Shown here piece by piece: positions 1-14,019 of a stretch of DNA of 64,000 nucleotides. A program made the translations under genes and the position numbers. The DNA comes from Mobula hypostoma (lineage: Eukaryota). Under the pieces are notes generated by a model. It was not told where the DNA came from, made no database searches, and was given only the letters and a program-made list of their open reading frames with translations. Position 1 is the first letter of the stretch; each line of letters opens with the position of its first letter. Location: positions 12,464,001 through 12,528,000 of the forward strand of contig NC_086118.1 of the NCBI RefSeq assembly GCF_963921235.1, given 5' to 3'.

Positions 1-200
1 TAGCCCTGTACTCAACCTCATCTCCCTTGCTGATGCATCCAACTATGGCAGAGTCATCCGAAAACTTCTGAAGATGACAAGACTCTGTGCAGTAGTTGAA
101 GTCCGGAGTGTAAATGGTGAAGAGAAAAGGAGACAAGACAGTCCCCTGTGGAGCCCCAGTGCTGCTGATCAGTCTGTCAGACACACAGTGTTGCAAGCAC
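1..200 (-). mobile_element. Rex1/Babar-type LINE RT fragment
   Basis: Minus strand translates ...SSTGAPQGTVLSPFLFTIYTPDFNYCTESCHLQKFSDDSAIVGCISKGDEVEYR. Confidence 0.85.
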
Positions 201-214
201 AATTGTGAGGGTGG

Positions 215-1797
215 TGTAAAATAGAGGGATATGCTTTGACATGTCGATGTTAAGAAAGAGGATGTGCTAGAACTTTTGAAAAGCATTAGTATAGATAAGT
301 CCATGGGGCAAGATGGGATATACCTGAGGTTACTACAGGAAGTGAGGGAAGAGATCATTGTGACCTTGGCAATGATCACTACACCCTCACTGGTGACAGG
401 ATTAGTATCGGATGGCGAGAGGATGGCAAATGTATTCCTTTGTTCAAGTAAAGGAGAAGGGATAACCCTAGGAATTATGGACCAGTGAGTTTTAATTCAA
501 GATTTATGAATATTTGGAAAACACAGTTTGAATAGGGATTGTCAGTTTGGATTTGTGAGGGTCAGGTCATGGCTCACGAGCCCGTTTGGATTTTTTGAGG
601 ATGTGACAAAACACACTGATGAAGGTAGAGCAGTGAATGAAGTGTATATGGATTTCAGTAAGGTATTTGCTAAGGTTCCCTATGGTAGGCTCATTCAGAA
701 AGTGAAAGGTCATAGGATCCAGGGAAAACTGACTGTGTGGATATAGAAATGGCTTGCCTATAGAAGACAGAGGGCGCTTGTAGATGGAGAGCATTCTGTC
801 TGGAGATCAATGACCAGTGATGTTCCACAGGAATCTGCTCTGGGAGCCCAACTCTTTGTAATTTTTATAAATGAATCGGATGAGGAAACTGAAAGGGTGG
901 GCTAGTAATTTTGCAGATAACATGAATTGAATTCTGGTGGAGTTGTAGATAGTGTTGAATGTTGTTGAAGGTTTGCAATGGGATTTGACAGGATGCAGAG
1001 CTGGGCAGGGAAGTGAGTGAAGGAGTGTAACATGGAAAAATATGAAGTGATTCATTCTGACAGGTCAGATTCGAACGCAGAATACAGTGGCAGGATTCTT
1101 CACAGTGTGGAGGACCAAAGGGATCTTGGTATCCATGCCCATAGATCCCTCAAAGTTGCACCCAAGTTAATAGAGTTGATAAGAAGGTGTATGATGTGTT
1201 GGCCTTCATTATTTAGGAGATTGAGATCAAGCGCCATGAGGTAATGTTACAGCTCCATAAAACCTCGCTTAGATCCCTCTTAGAATATTGTGTTCAGTTC
1301 TGGTTGCTTCATTATAAGGATATGAAAGCTTTAAAGAAGGTGCAGAGGGGATTTACCAGGGTGCTGCCTTGACTAGAGAACGTGCCATATGAAGATAGGT
1401 TGAGCGTGCTAAAGCTTTACTCTGTGGAGTGAAGGAGGATGAGCAATGACTTGACAGAGGTGTACAAGATGATCTGAGGCATAAATATAATGGATAGCAA
1501 GAGACCTTTTCCAAGGGCTGAAATGGCAAATACAAGGGAACACAATTTTAAGGTGATTGGATGAAAGTATAGTGGGGATGTCGTTGCACAGAGAGTGGTG
1601 GGTGGGTTCTGCCAGGGGTGGTGATAGAGGCAGATACATTAGGGGTATTCAAAAAACTCTTAGGTAGGCACATGGATGATAGAAAATGGAGGGTTATGTG
1701 GGAGGAAAGGGTTAGATTGATCTTAGAGTAGGTTAAAATATCAGCACAGCATTGTGGACAGAAGGGCCTGAACTGTAGTGTAATGTTCTTTGTTCTG
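215..1797 (+). mobile_element. Degenerate CR1 LINE, 3' half
   Basis: Broken ORFs contain DKSMGQDGIYLRLL, VYMDFSKVFAKVP and EYCVQFW, followed by a CR1-type 3' UTR with a tgttct tail. Confidence 0.9.
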
Positions 1798-3999
1798 TTT
1801 AAAAGGCATGAATGTTTTGCTTAATATTTCAATCTTCTCTGGCTATATGTTTAATAATCTTGGTTATGGGCATGACATTGGTACGTAAAATAAGGAATAG
1901 ATCAAGCAATTGCATTAACACATAATTGCATTAATTCAATAATCCATAATTAATTGCAAGGTATTGAAGGGTGAACCTAATAATTAAATGGTAACCGGAT
2001 GAAAGTGTATAAGGCCATGTGATCCATGGACCAATGGTGAGTTGGGCCCAAGTCTCAGTGACAGAAATGAAGGAGTAATGTTTGGAGACTGTTTCAGTGA
2101 CAGGAACGTTAGTTGCAGTAAGCTCAGTACTCACTTCATTGCCTTTCATGGCAAATGACAATGATTTGGACAAAAATAGGAGTAACTGAGAAGCTTGTAG
2201 ATGATTCCAAAAAATATATCTTATACAATATTCCCTATAATTTTTTTTTACAGCAGTGCAGATCAACCATTGCTCTGAGCAGTAAATTTTTGCATGACAC
2301 TTTAACATTTTTTGTACCATGCATACATTGAATATTTAGAATGAAAACTGAAAAATCACATAATTTTGATTTTATTTATTAATGAAGGGTGTAATGAAAT
2401 ACGGTACAACAAAGAAAATTTTTCACATTACGTTTAGTTTATTAACAATAAGCTACCGACTTCCATTCTGTGTTTATTGTTACAGGTTCATACAAATGAA
2501 CTACAACCACAAAAATATTTTGTAACTATGAAGTCCTTGAAGCCACTCTAAGCAATACTGTAAGTAAAGCATTTTTAGCAATGGTGATTGAAACAGGGGC
2601 TTTATCAGGCTTTTAGTTTCACATTGCTCATTAAGGTATTCTGTGATTCACATCATCCTCAAATGTGACAGCAAGTGACTAGATGATGTTAAATGTCTTG
2701 ATGAATCTCTCCCTTTTCTCTATGCACAATACTTAATATATTGACATCTGCAAGTCTTATAACTCAACATCTGACCAATAACATTGACCCAATTTTTATC
2801 ATGCAATGATTATCTTACTATGGTAAAATAATGGCATAATTCTTTTACTTATCACTTCATTGGCCAAGGTTCCTTGAAAATCATAGATGGTGAAAACAGT
2901 GGCATTATACGGTTAAAAAATGGATGAATTGTCTGCTTAGATTCGGATAAGGCAAGGATTTGATTTTATGCAAAGGTATCAAAAAAGTTTTTTTTTTAAT
3001 TATAGCCTGGATACTATTTTGGAAATTATCTGAATAAATGATCAATGTGTTTATTATTTGTCTCAATATGTTGAAGTTACTTGGAGAAAAATGGGCCAGA
3101 TGCAGCTCAAGAAGTCACCTTGGTCAGTTGGACAAGTTGGCCTGAAGAATTCATTTCTGTGCTGTATAACTCAATGACTCTAAAATGCAGGAAAACGTAT
3201 CTCTCTCCGAAGCAATTCCACTTTATTCCACCAGATGTAGGTAACGGCTTTCGAACCAGAGATAAACATCCAAAGCATAACTCTCTGTGTAATTATTGCA
3301 AGATCTGAAAATACCCATACAAGTTGAGATTTACAGCTTAGACTCAATCAAACTCTGTTCAGTCATGGCCTTGGGATATATTTTTGTCTGTCATTACATT
3401 TAATATGTCGCTTTCCATTGTGTAAATTAAGGGTTGTTGCCATTCTGTGACACTCAGAGTTAGTTATTGGGTACTGATTGTCATTTGAACAGAAAAGAGT
3501 CTCTTGTCCCTTGCTATCTACAGTTTCAATGATAGTGTATTAAAAGCAGTTACATTCCGCATTGCAAATTTTACTTGCTCCCAATTATCCCTTTGGATTA
3601 ATTTAAGGCTTCCATCACAAGACAAGGTTAGGTGGGCACAGCTGTTCTAAAAATTTACATAGGATCTTTGTTCTTATTTCTTTTTCAGGCACAGTCCTTG
3701 CTCCAAAACATGACCCTATCTTCAGACAATTTTATTATAGTGGTTTTGGATAGTATGAACACAATGCAAGGATTATCAAAAGTTTATTGGAAACCATTCA
3801 TTTAGTTGTTTCAGTTAATCTGCAGTCACCCACAAATTTAAGACTTTATTGGATGGCTGTATACTTACAAGCACAATTGTATGCTAAGAAGGATCTTCAG
3901 TCTGAAACATTAATTTTGTTTCTCTTTTCACAGAGACTGCCTGACATCTGAGTGTTTCCCACAATTTCTGTTTTCATTATTATTGAACATAACTGATGA

Positions 4000-4441
4000 T
4001 AGACTTTAAGAAGACTAAGGTGGATTGATTCTCAGGACCTTACAAGGTGTTCCATTTAATCTTGTGAGAAGCAAGTGCAAAAGCTGTAGGGGCCCGAGCA
4101 GAGATATTTAAATAGGGTAAATGCAGACTGCCTTTTCCACTGAGATTGTGTGGAGGTACAACCAGAACTCATGAGTTAAGGGTGAAAGGTGAAAAGTTTA
4201 AGGGAAACATGAGAGGAAACTTCTTCACTGAGAGTGTGAGTGTGGAATGAGCTGCCAGCACAAGTGACTCAATTTCAACATATACACTAAATTTGGATAG
4301 GTACATGGATGGGAGAGGTAAATGAGGGCTACGGTCCGGCTGGAGGTCGATGGGAGAAGGCAGTTTAAATGGTTAGGCATGGACTAGATGGGCCGAAGGG
4401 CCTGTTTCTGTGCTGTAATTTTCTATGACACTAAGACTCTA
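4000..4441 (+). mobile_element. CR1 fragment (internally deleted) with 3' end
   Basis: Contains gaggaaacttcttcact and ends ggccgaagggcctgtttctgtgctgta...ctatgac. Confidence 0.75.
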
Positions 4442-4869
4442 TAAGAACAATACCAAAAATTCTTTGGCAAATTAAAATACATTAAAGCTCCTGAAATGTT
4501 TCATTCTCATTATGACTGTTTCTTTCCTCCTTCCCTGAATGACGTAGCTTGTGATTAAGGTAGGTTTCTGATAACTCAACAATTAGTCATTTGTCACAAA
4601 GCGGGATTCAGTAAGTCACAAGTTTACAAAGATTTGGTAATATAATTAGACAGTGAGTATACTGGGTATGTGAGATGGCACAGATTGCAGCAGGAGATTG
4701 GTAGGCATTTTGGACCGATTCTGAAGAATGATTCTATCTGAAGTTGGCAGGGGATTTGCAGTCATTTCATGACCACACAGTACGGAAACGGGCTCCCGAT
4801 ATCACTGAGTCTGTGCCGTCTATGAAGCCTATGATCAACTTCATCTCTCAATGTTCTCACCCAATAAAA

Positions 4870-5415
4870 CATCAAGCAAGACCGAAATCAACAAGGGCGA
4901 GAGCAGAAGCCAAGTGGGTGCTCAGCGCCATTTGCCTGTATGTGATCCGTCTCTCTCTCTCTCGCTCAATACCGCTGGAGGGTTTTGCCGTAGTCTTGGT
5001 TCTTGGGCAAGGCTTAATCAACAGAGTTTGTGGATAGGACGTTGTAACTCATGTTATGATGTGCTTCTGGTTTCTGGTTACTCCTTTTTTTAATTGCTAT
5101 TTTGTGTGATTTTGATCGAGGCAGACTGGCTCAGTGGCTGCAGTCAGTGAATGAACGACACAGCGCTAAATTGAACTGAACTAGACTAAACATTTCTAGA
5201 CTCTTTCAATGACTTTGAGGTTTGATGTTTTATATTCTGTGTTTTTCACTCAATTTTTTGTGTTGGCACGATTCATTCTTTTTTTGCACTTTGGGTGTTT
5301 GATGTTTTTCTTTGAAGGGTTTCCATGATTTCTTTGTTTCATGATGGTCTGTGGAAAGACGAATCTCAGAGCTGTATACTACATATATACTTCGATAATA
5401 AATGTACTTTGAATC
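4870..5415 (+). mobile_element. Non-autonomous retroelement with a Rex1-like 3' tail
   Basis: Ends gataataaatgtactttgaa, the same tail as the LINE ending at 50983. A related copy lies at 31200-31395. Confidence 0.55.
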
Positions 5416-7109
5416 TTAAGTCTTTGAATGAGCTGCCAGTGGTAGGTTCAACTGTAACATCTAAGAGAAGTTTAGATAGGTACGTAGATAAGAGGAATTT
5501 GAAAAGATGTGTCCAGGTGCAGATAGATGGGACTAGGCAGAGTGTCAGGTTGGCATGGACAAGATGGGCCAGATGGCCTGGTTGTATACTATACACCTAT
5601 ATGACTCTATAATGTTGGAAGAAAAAGGAGTACCTGGATGATATCCATGCAGTCACACAGAGAATGTTCAAATTCCATACCACTAAAATTATTATTTTAG
5701 AATCTGACCAATGGGAGTGTCTAATGAATGAACTAGAATCTCCCTAACTCCTACATAACTACTGGTGATAATCATCTGACAGTGTTTCATTGGGTACGGA
5801 TAATCCTCATGTAATTCATATTGCATGTCAGCTTTATTCTGTACATAGTCCATGCTAAATAAAATTCAAGTCCAAGTTCAAATTTAGTTGTCATTCAACC
5901 ATAAATGAATACCCTTGAATACAGCCAAATGAAACAGTGTTACTCTGGGGCTAAGGTGCAAACACAGTACCAACACTCACACACAGCACAAGATACATGT
6001 AGCACATACTGTACGTGTAGCCAGCACATGTAAGATAACAGTAAATTAGAGTGACACCAAAAACATAGGCCAGGTCCCTGAGTCCATGAATACTGCAGCA
6101 GTCTGCAGGTGTACACAATACAGCCTGCTTTCTGCCAAGCCAACAATGGGAGGCAGCACCAACTGTAGCATGGAAGCTTTCAGTAATTGATGGGACTGTC
6201 TTTTGCTCTGTAACTCAGATTCAGATTCATTTTTTTATCATATGTACATCAAAGCATACAGTGAAATGCATTGTTCACATTACCAACGCACTTTAAGACA
6301 TGCTGGTGCAAACAGCCAATGTCACCAAACTTTCCAGTGCTAACATAGTATGTCCATAATGTTCAGCAGAACAGCACAAACAAACAGCAACAACAAAACA
6401 AGCCCCTTTTCTTCTTCCCACCCACTCACACACAGGCAGTTCTCTAATCCCAGGACAGCCTGCCTCTGGGCCTCAAACCTCCAGTGGGCTTGTAGATTTA
6501 CAGACATTGGGCCTCTGACTTCCCAGAGGCTTTGGCCATCAGACCTTGGCTTCCAGACTCATCAACTTTGGTCTTCAACCTTTGGGCTTCAGTCTTTAGT
6601 ATCAACCCAGAGTTCTCAGATGACAGGGTTCTCTAGGACTCAAACTCCGGACTCGTGAGTCTCCAACTGTCCACCAGGAAACTAAGTTATATAGGTGCTG
6701 CATGCAGTTCATATGGAAAAACTGAAGGAAATCTGCAATATTGGGCAGAAATCCATTAGCTCCAAAACAATGGTACATTGTAAATGAATTAACCCACAAA
6801 AATGTGATCTGTGCAATTTTTGAGGAAGATCACAGCATCATCATTGCCATATAGACCACTGGGAGGTGAGTCATCACCTAAAGAGCTTTCCTCCTGGAAG
6901 CTATAGTGTAGCAGAAGACAAAGCCGCCATAAAGTTGAGTCAAGATATTGGCTCAGGTGCAGGGCACTCACTAGTGTGTTGTAGCATCTTCCACCCGATG
7001 TCCTCATCTCAGGACTCCTACACTTTGAGTGGATCCAAACCACTGTGAGCCTTTGGCTGGTGGAAGGACCAATGGTCACAGAGGGCATCTCAAGTGAACT
7101 ATACAAAGT

Positions 7110-7310
7110 ACTGAAGAGAAGCTGCAGATGTTGGAGCAACAAACTACCTGCAGGAGAAACTCAGTGAGTGAGGCAGCAGCTATGGAAGAGAAGGAATTGT
7201 CAACGTTTTGGGTTGACAGTCCTGATGCAGGGTTCCTTCCTGAAGCATCAGAAATTTTTTGCCTCTTACAGCTGCTGCATGACTCACTGAGTTCCTTCCA
7301 CAAATTGTAT
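7110..7310. mobile_element. Old Penelope-derived fold-back element
   Basis: Inverted arms (aaactcagtgagtgaggcagcagct / agctgctgcatgactcactgagtt) surround a decayed cagtcctgatgcaggg core. Confidence 0.6.
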
Positions 7311-7864
7311 CTATAAGGGAGAACCTCCAAGTATTCCTCCATTGTTCTCATCTCAAGACACTGAGTAGGAAATAATGCAGGGATCACAAATGTACTCCCG
7401 ATTTTTTAAGGTCTAGGTTGTCCCTAAAAACTCTAATTTGTGTCAGCGGTGGGAGAAGTGTGTGCTGTGTGACCTCACATCAGTAGGTGTCAGAAATATA
7501 TTTGGGTAAGGACGTAGACAGAAGGGGATGTGAGGTACATAGGACAAGTGCAGACAAATGTGACTAGTTTGATGGGCCTCATGATAGGCATGGAAAGGCC
7601 TGCAAAGGCATGGAAGAATTGGGGTGGAAGGCCCTGCTTTACTCTATGAATATGACTAACTAATGCTCAGCAAATATCAGCCTTTTAAGGCGAATCGCAC
7701 ATGGAAATGCCAAGGCTAATTTTGCAGGTGCAGCATTTTCAACCAGAAGCGATCACTACTGCAATTTGTCCCAAGTAAAGCCGACTTTATACACAATTTG
7801 TATTTAAAACAAATGTGCTTGATCACAAGGCTGCTGTACATGCTCCTTGAATGAATGCAGCTGA

Positions 7865-8335
7865 GATACATCCGAGGATGTGCTGGGACACATCATCAGT
7901 GATGTTAACTGGGATCATTGGGAGTTTAGTGTCTTTCAACATAAGACACTCTCGTTCAAGCAACCAAGCCAGGGATGATCAGGCCCTAGCTTGTGTCCCA
8001 GCAACATTGGTCCACTGGTCACATCTCTTGATCCATAGCCATCTGGAGGCTCACTCAGCAGGCTCTGTGATGGTCCTGATGGCTCTTTTCTTTGCCAGCC
8101 CCCATAATGCCAAGGAGAGAGTAGGTTCTGCACAGTGAGCTCTACATCCCACCTCTATAGGCTCACATTGTGCATTCCACCCCTCACTTTGGCACAGGTC
8201 TACCAGCTACAGGTACTTGGCTTCCTTACACTCAAATGCCTCCTTAAACTGGTCTTCCCCAAGAAGTCGCAGTTCTACCATATGATCTGCTTCGAGGTGT
8301 CTGACAGAATGACCATGTCAGGTCTCAGGGATGAT
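7865..8335 (-). mobile_element. HERO-type (R2/NeSL group, RLE-encoding) non-LTR retrotransposon, 3' fragment
   Basis: Minus-strand remnants read LRPDMVILSDTSKQII, EDQFKEAFECKEAKY, CEPIEVGCR and KKRAIRTITEPAE*ASRWLWIKR. Confidence 0.75.
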
Positions 8336-10562
8336 GATATGATGAAGTCAGGGAATTTTATAATTGTAGAGGGAATTTTACTATTACCTAATCCACATGG
8401 ATTCAAGTAAGGAAACTAATCAACCTGTTATTAGCAAAGCTTTCTACACAATACTCATATAAAAAGAAAGGCCTGATGTTCCTTCCGACAAGAAATATTC
8501 CCTTCCAGACACAAGTTTATTGTATTATAAAATAGAATTTATGCTGGATTATAATTCAATTCGCTCATTTTCTGGAATTTGTTTCAAGCATTTCTCCGCT
8601 ATTCTGGATGAAGAACTGTTTTATATTAGAGCTTAAAATCTTTCATATCAGAACTTTGATTTAGATGCTCTGTGTTAACTTCAGAATGTTGTCCCAATGA
8701 TCTCTTTGAGGTTGAAGAGTAAGAACTTGCAGATGCTGAAAATCTGAAATAAATCAGAAAATGTGGGAAATATTGCAAGTCAGGCTGTAAAGTGGAGAGA
8801 GAAAAGCAGAGTTAATGGTTCAGACAAGCATTCTTTACCAAAAACAGGAAAGAAAAGGAATGAAGTTAGTTTGTTGAGAAACATTTCCAGTTAACATTTC
8901 CAGTTAACATTTCAACAGAATCAGGACCTGTAAGGGTAGATTCCCTAAAATTCACAGGCCCCAGAACATCTCAATTATGGATCCTGACTTTTCAGCTCTT
9001 TCACTTCTGTTGGAACCAACCTTGGATAAGGTCATACGTTCAACAGGAAATATGTGTATAAGGACGGAATTTCCCTAACATGTCTCCAACATCCTATTGA
9101 CTTTTCCAATCACTGAAGGTGTCATTTTTGGAAAAGGAGCTTTCTCCTTGGTTTGAGCTGCCTGATAATAATTAGTTACTGGTTTATTATTGTCACATGT
9201 ACAGTGAAAAGTTTTTGTGTACATACCATCACTCCGAATGTAATGACACTGAGTACAGATGGAAAAACAATAACTAAATGCACAATATAGTGTTACAGTT
9301 ACAGGGATACAAATAGAGAGCAAGGGCCATGAGAAAAAAACTATGAGATCATCTTTAACACACAAAAGGCTTGGTCAAGGTTCTTACGACAGCAGTATAG
9401 ATATTGTCCTTGAGCCCAGTGGTACATGTTTTCAAGTATTTTTATTTTCTGCCCAATGGACGGCAGTGGGATGGACTAACAAAACATCTGAATGCTCACC
9501 TACTAGGCACATACATGAAATCAGAGTATTGGTCCATACTCTGAATGATCAGGAAGGGCTTCAAAGATCTCATCATTGTATCAGTGCCTGAGATGGTGAG
9601 ACAATAACTCAGTTAGAGTTGAATCAAGATTCTTTCCCTTCAATTCTACTTCATGATTTCTGTATTTGAAATTAAAATATTGTAAGTACTCTTTGTGACA
9701 TCCATGCTAAAGAGTTCCCACCTTTGATCGCTTTAGTTCTTTTATAGCAGTTCATCTTTGAAGTTCAAGCTGTCAACAGATGGTTCTCATTACCCCAGAG
9801 TACACTGTTTAAGTAGGCGTGGGTTAAGTGGATGCTGACAACAATGCCTTTTCATGCATAACTTTCTTTCTATCTCATCCACTTAACTCACAGCTACTAC
9901 TGCTGTGGGTTAAGAACTAAACACAGAAAATGACAAAAAATCTTCTGCAGGTCAGGCAGCAAAACCAAAGTTAATATTTCAGGTCAATGATCCCTAGTCA
10001 GAGTGGGAAATCTAGCAGATCCATTGTATGGAAAGAAACAGAATACATAATACCTTGGGACAATAGACAAGTGAAGTCCAATAGGTTGCAGGATGTTTAT
10101 TCAGAATGGATGAGCAGAAAATGCTCGCATTTCATCTGAGTTTTTAACCTTTGGTCAACGAGAACATGCGATTTGCACTTTTGAGATTGTTTAACCTTGT
10201 AGATGGAAGTAAAAGATACTAACATGGAAATTAGTGAATTCATATTATCACATGGACTGAAAATAAAGACCATATCTTTCCAGACCCTTGCAGTTTTTTT
10301 TTTGTTTAGCTGTGATGGAACTTTGCAACTTACTGCATATATAGTATCTCCATTTATTTAAGAACCTTATTTTAATAAACTTAGTTATAAACCTCATTTT
10401 GAATGAGATGTTGCAGACCCATCAAATGTGCTAACTCTGTTGACCATTCATCAGAGGTCACATGATGAAAATTGGCCCCTCCTCTTTAACTCATCCATTG
10501 CTCTCTGGTGATCCAATAGCCCTTTCTGTGATCATTGGACACAATTCCGATTAATGTTGCTT

Positions 10563-13395
10563 TAATGAATATGATATAGTTAGGATCACAGAGACATGGC
10601 TCCAGGGTCACCAAGGATGGGAGCTCAACATTCAGGGATATTCAATATTCAGGAGGGATAGACATGAAAGAAAAGGAGGTGGGGCAACATTGCTGGTTAG
10701 AGAGGAGATTAACACAATAGAAAGGAAGGACATTAGCCGGGAGGATGTGGAATCGATATGGGTAGAGCTGCATAACACTAAGGGGTAGAAAACGCTGGTG
10801 GGAGTTGTGTACAGGCCACCTAACAGTAGTAGTGAGGTTGGGGATGGCATTAAATAGGAAATTAGAGATGCGTGCAATAAAAGAACAGCAGTTATAATGG
10901 GTGACTTCAATCTACATATAGATTGGGTGAACCAAATTGGTAAGGGTGCTGAGGAAGAGAATTTCTTGGAATGTATGCGGGATGGTTTTTTGAACCAACA
11001 TGTCGAGGAACCAACTAGAGAGCAGGCTATTCTAGACTGGGCATTGAGCAATGAGGAAGGGTTAATTAGCAATCTTGTCGTGAGAGGCCCCTTGGATAAG
11101 AGTGACCATAATATGGTGGAATTCTTCATTAAGATGGAGAGTGACATAGTTAATTCAGAAACAAAGGTTCTGAACTTAAAGAAGGGTAACTTTGAAGGTA
11201 TGAGTCGTGAATTAGCTAAGATAGACTGGCAAATGATACTTAAAGGGTTGAAGGTGGATATGCAATGGCAAGCATTTAAAGATCGCATGGATGAACTACA
11301 ACAATTGTTCATCCCATTTTGGCAAAAGAATAAATCAGGGAAGGTAGTGCACCCGTGGCTGACAAGGGAAATTAGGGATAGTATCAATTCCAAAGAAGAA
11401 GCATACAAATTAGCCAGAAAAAGCAGTTCACCTGAGGACTGGGAGAAATTCAGAGTCCAGCAGAGGACAAAGGGCTTAATTAGGAAAGGGGAAAAAGATT
11501 ATGAGAGAAAACTGGCAGGGAACATAAAAACTGACTGTAAAAGCTTTTATAGATATGTGAAAAGAAAAAGATTGGTTAAGACAAATGTAGGTCCCCTACA
11601 GACAGAAACAAGTGAATTGATTATGGGGAACAAGGACATGGCAGACCAATTGAATAACTACTTTGGTTCTGTCTTCACTAAGGAGGACATAAATAATCTT
11701 CCGGAAATAGTAGGGGACACACGGTCCAGTGAGATGGAGGAACTGAGGGAAATACATGTTAGTAGGCAAGTGGTGTTAGGTAAATTGAAGGGATTAAAGG
11801 CAGATAAATCCCCAGGGCCAGATGGTCTGCATCCCAAAGTGCTTAAGGAAGTAGCCCAAGAAATAGTGGATGCATTAGTGATAATTTTTCAAAACTCTTT
11901 AGATTCTGAACTAGTTCCTGAGGACTGGAGGGTGGCTAATGTAACCCCGCTTTTTAAAAAAAGGAGGGAGAGAGAAACCGGGGTATTATAGACTGGTTAG
12001 CCTAGCATCGGTGGTGGGGAAAATGCTAGAGTTAGTTATCAAAGATGTGATAACAGCACATTTGGAAAGCAGTGAAATCATCGGACAAAGTCAGCATGGA
12101 TTTGTGAAAGGAAAATCATGGCTGATGAATGTCATAGAATTTTTTAAGGATGTAACTAGTAGAGTGGAGAGGGGAGAACCAGTGGATGTGGTATATTTGG
12201 ATTTTCAAAAGGCTTTTGACAAGGTCCCACACAGGAGATTAGTGTGCAAACATAAAGCACACGGTATTGGGGGTAAGGTATTGATGTGGATAGAGAATTG
12301 GTTGGCAGACAGGAAGCAAAGTGTGGGAATAAATGGGACCTTTTCAGAATGGCAGGCGGTGACTAGTGGGGTACCGCAAGGCTCAGTGCTGGGACCACAG
12401 TTGTTTACAATATATATTAATGACTTAGATGAGGGAAATAAATGCAGTATCTCCACATTTGCGGATGACATGAAGCTGGGCGGCAGTGTTAGCTGTGAGG
12501 AGGATGCTAAGAGGATGCAGGGTGAGTTGGATAGGTTAGGTGAGTGGGCAAATTCACGGCAGATGCAATTTAATGTGGATAAATGTGAGGTTATCCACTT
12601 TGGTGGCAAAAACAGGAAAACAGATGATTATCTGAATGGTGGCCGATTAGGAAAAGGGGAGGTGCAACGAGACCTGGGTGTCATTATACGCCAGTCATTG
12701 AAAGTGGGCATGCAGGTACAGCAGGCGGTGAAAAAGGCGAATGGTATGCTGGCATTCATAGCAAGAGGATTCGAGTACAGGAGCAGGGAGGTACTACTGC
12801 AGTTGTACAAGGCCTTGGTGAGACCACACCTGGAGTATTGTGTGCAGTTTTGGTCCCCTAATCTGAGGAAAGACATCCTTGCCATAGAGGGAGTACAAAG
12901 AAGGTTCACCAGATTGATTCCTGGGATGGCAGGACTTTCATATGATGAAAGACTGGATCGACTAGGCTTATACTCGTTGGAATTTAGAAGATTGAGGGAG
13001 GATCTTATTGAAACGTATAAAATCCTAAAGGGATTGGACAGGCTAGATGCAGGAAGTTTGTTCCCGATGTTGGGGAAGTCCAGAACAAGGGGTCACAGTT
13101 TGAGCATAAAGGGGAAGCCTTTTAGGACCGAGATTAGGAAAAACTTCTTCACACAGAGTGTGGTGAATCTGTGGAATTCTCTGCCACAGGAAACAGTTGA
13201 GGCCAGTTCATTGGCTATACTTAAGAGGGAGTTAGATATGGCCCTTGTGGCTAAAGGGATCAGGGGGTATGGAGGGAAGGCTGGTACAGGGTTCTGAGTT
13301 GGATGATCAGCCATGATCATACTGAATGGCAGTGCAGGCTCGAAGGGCTGAATGGCCTACTCCTACACCTATTTTCTATGTTTCTATGTTTCTAC
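10563..13395 (+). mobile_element. Young 5'-truncated CR1 LINE, nearly complete ORF2 (APE + RT)
   Basis: APE motifs ITETWL, GDFN and SDHN; RT motifs YLDFQKAFDKVPH, GVPQGSVLGP and FADD; (ATGTTTCT)n tail. Stops near 10786 and 10855, and a +1 frameshift in the A-run at 11956-11962. Confidence 0.97.
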
Positions 13396-14019
13396 GCTCA
13401 GACTGCCTTGTACGTCAAGATATGGAAAGTTTCATTTGATTGTTTTAAGTCCCTGTATTTAGTATTTCACAAGTAAATGGGGGATCTCTTTTCCAGCACT
13501 ACTATTCGACCTGTTTATTGATTATACAGTGAAACATCCTTTATAATCCTCTACGTCAATAAAGCACATAGAGTTCACAATTTAATTTGATCAGTTTCAG
13601 CTTAGCATTCTTTGAATTGCAAACACAGGCATAAAAGCTGAATTCAGTAGAAACTTCCTAAAACATGGGTGAAGCAAAGTTGATGGGAAAAAAATTGCGG
13701 CCAAAAGTTAAATTTAAGGGTACAGGTTGCATTTACAGTATGACACATAGTTCCATTCCTGTAAGTTGTTCATAACCTGAAAAGTTTGCAAGTCAGAAAT
13801 GTGGCCACAAACTGAATCTGTGTATGGCGAAATTACCCTACAGCCTGTCAAGAGCTGGAAAATCCATCCTACTGATGTCATACTAGCATATGTAAGATAG
13901 GGAGTACCTGTGTAAGATCAAGGGTTGATCTTCATCCCATCAACCTGTTCCAACTCTCACTGAGCTCATGGTTTGAGAATGTTGGTGATTTAAGGAGCAA
14001 TATGGAGTGGAACTAAAGA

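Noticed and set aside
1931..2320. 129-aa minus-strand ORF
   Set aside because: No recognisable domain or splice context.
3639..3656. E-box plus MEF2-like muscle enhancer (similar arrangement at 20844-20878)
   Set aside because: The MEF2 matches are imperfect, and such short motifs are common in AT-rich DNA.
8881..8913. 13-bp tandem duplication ACATTTCCAGTTA
   Set aside because: Ordinary local slippage.
10632..13320. Long minus-strand ORFs (e.g. 258 aa)
   Set aside because: Antisense shadows of CR1 ORF2.
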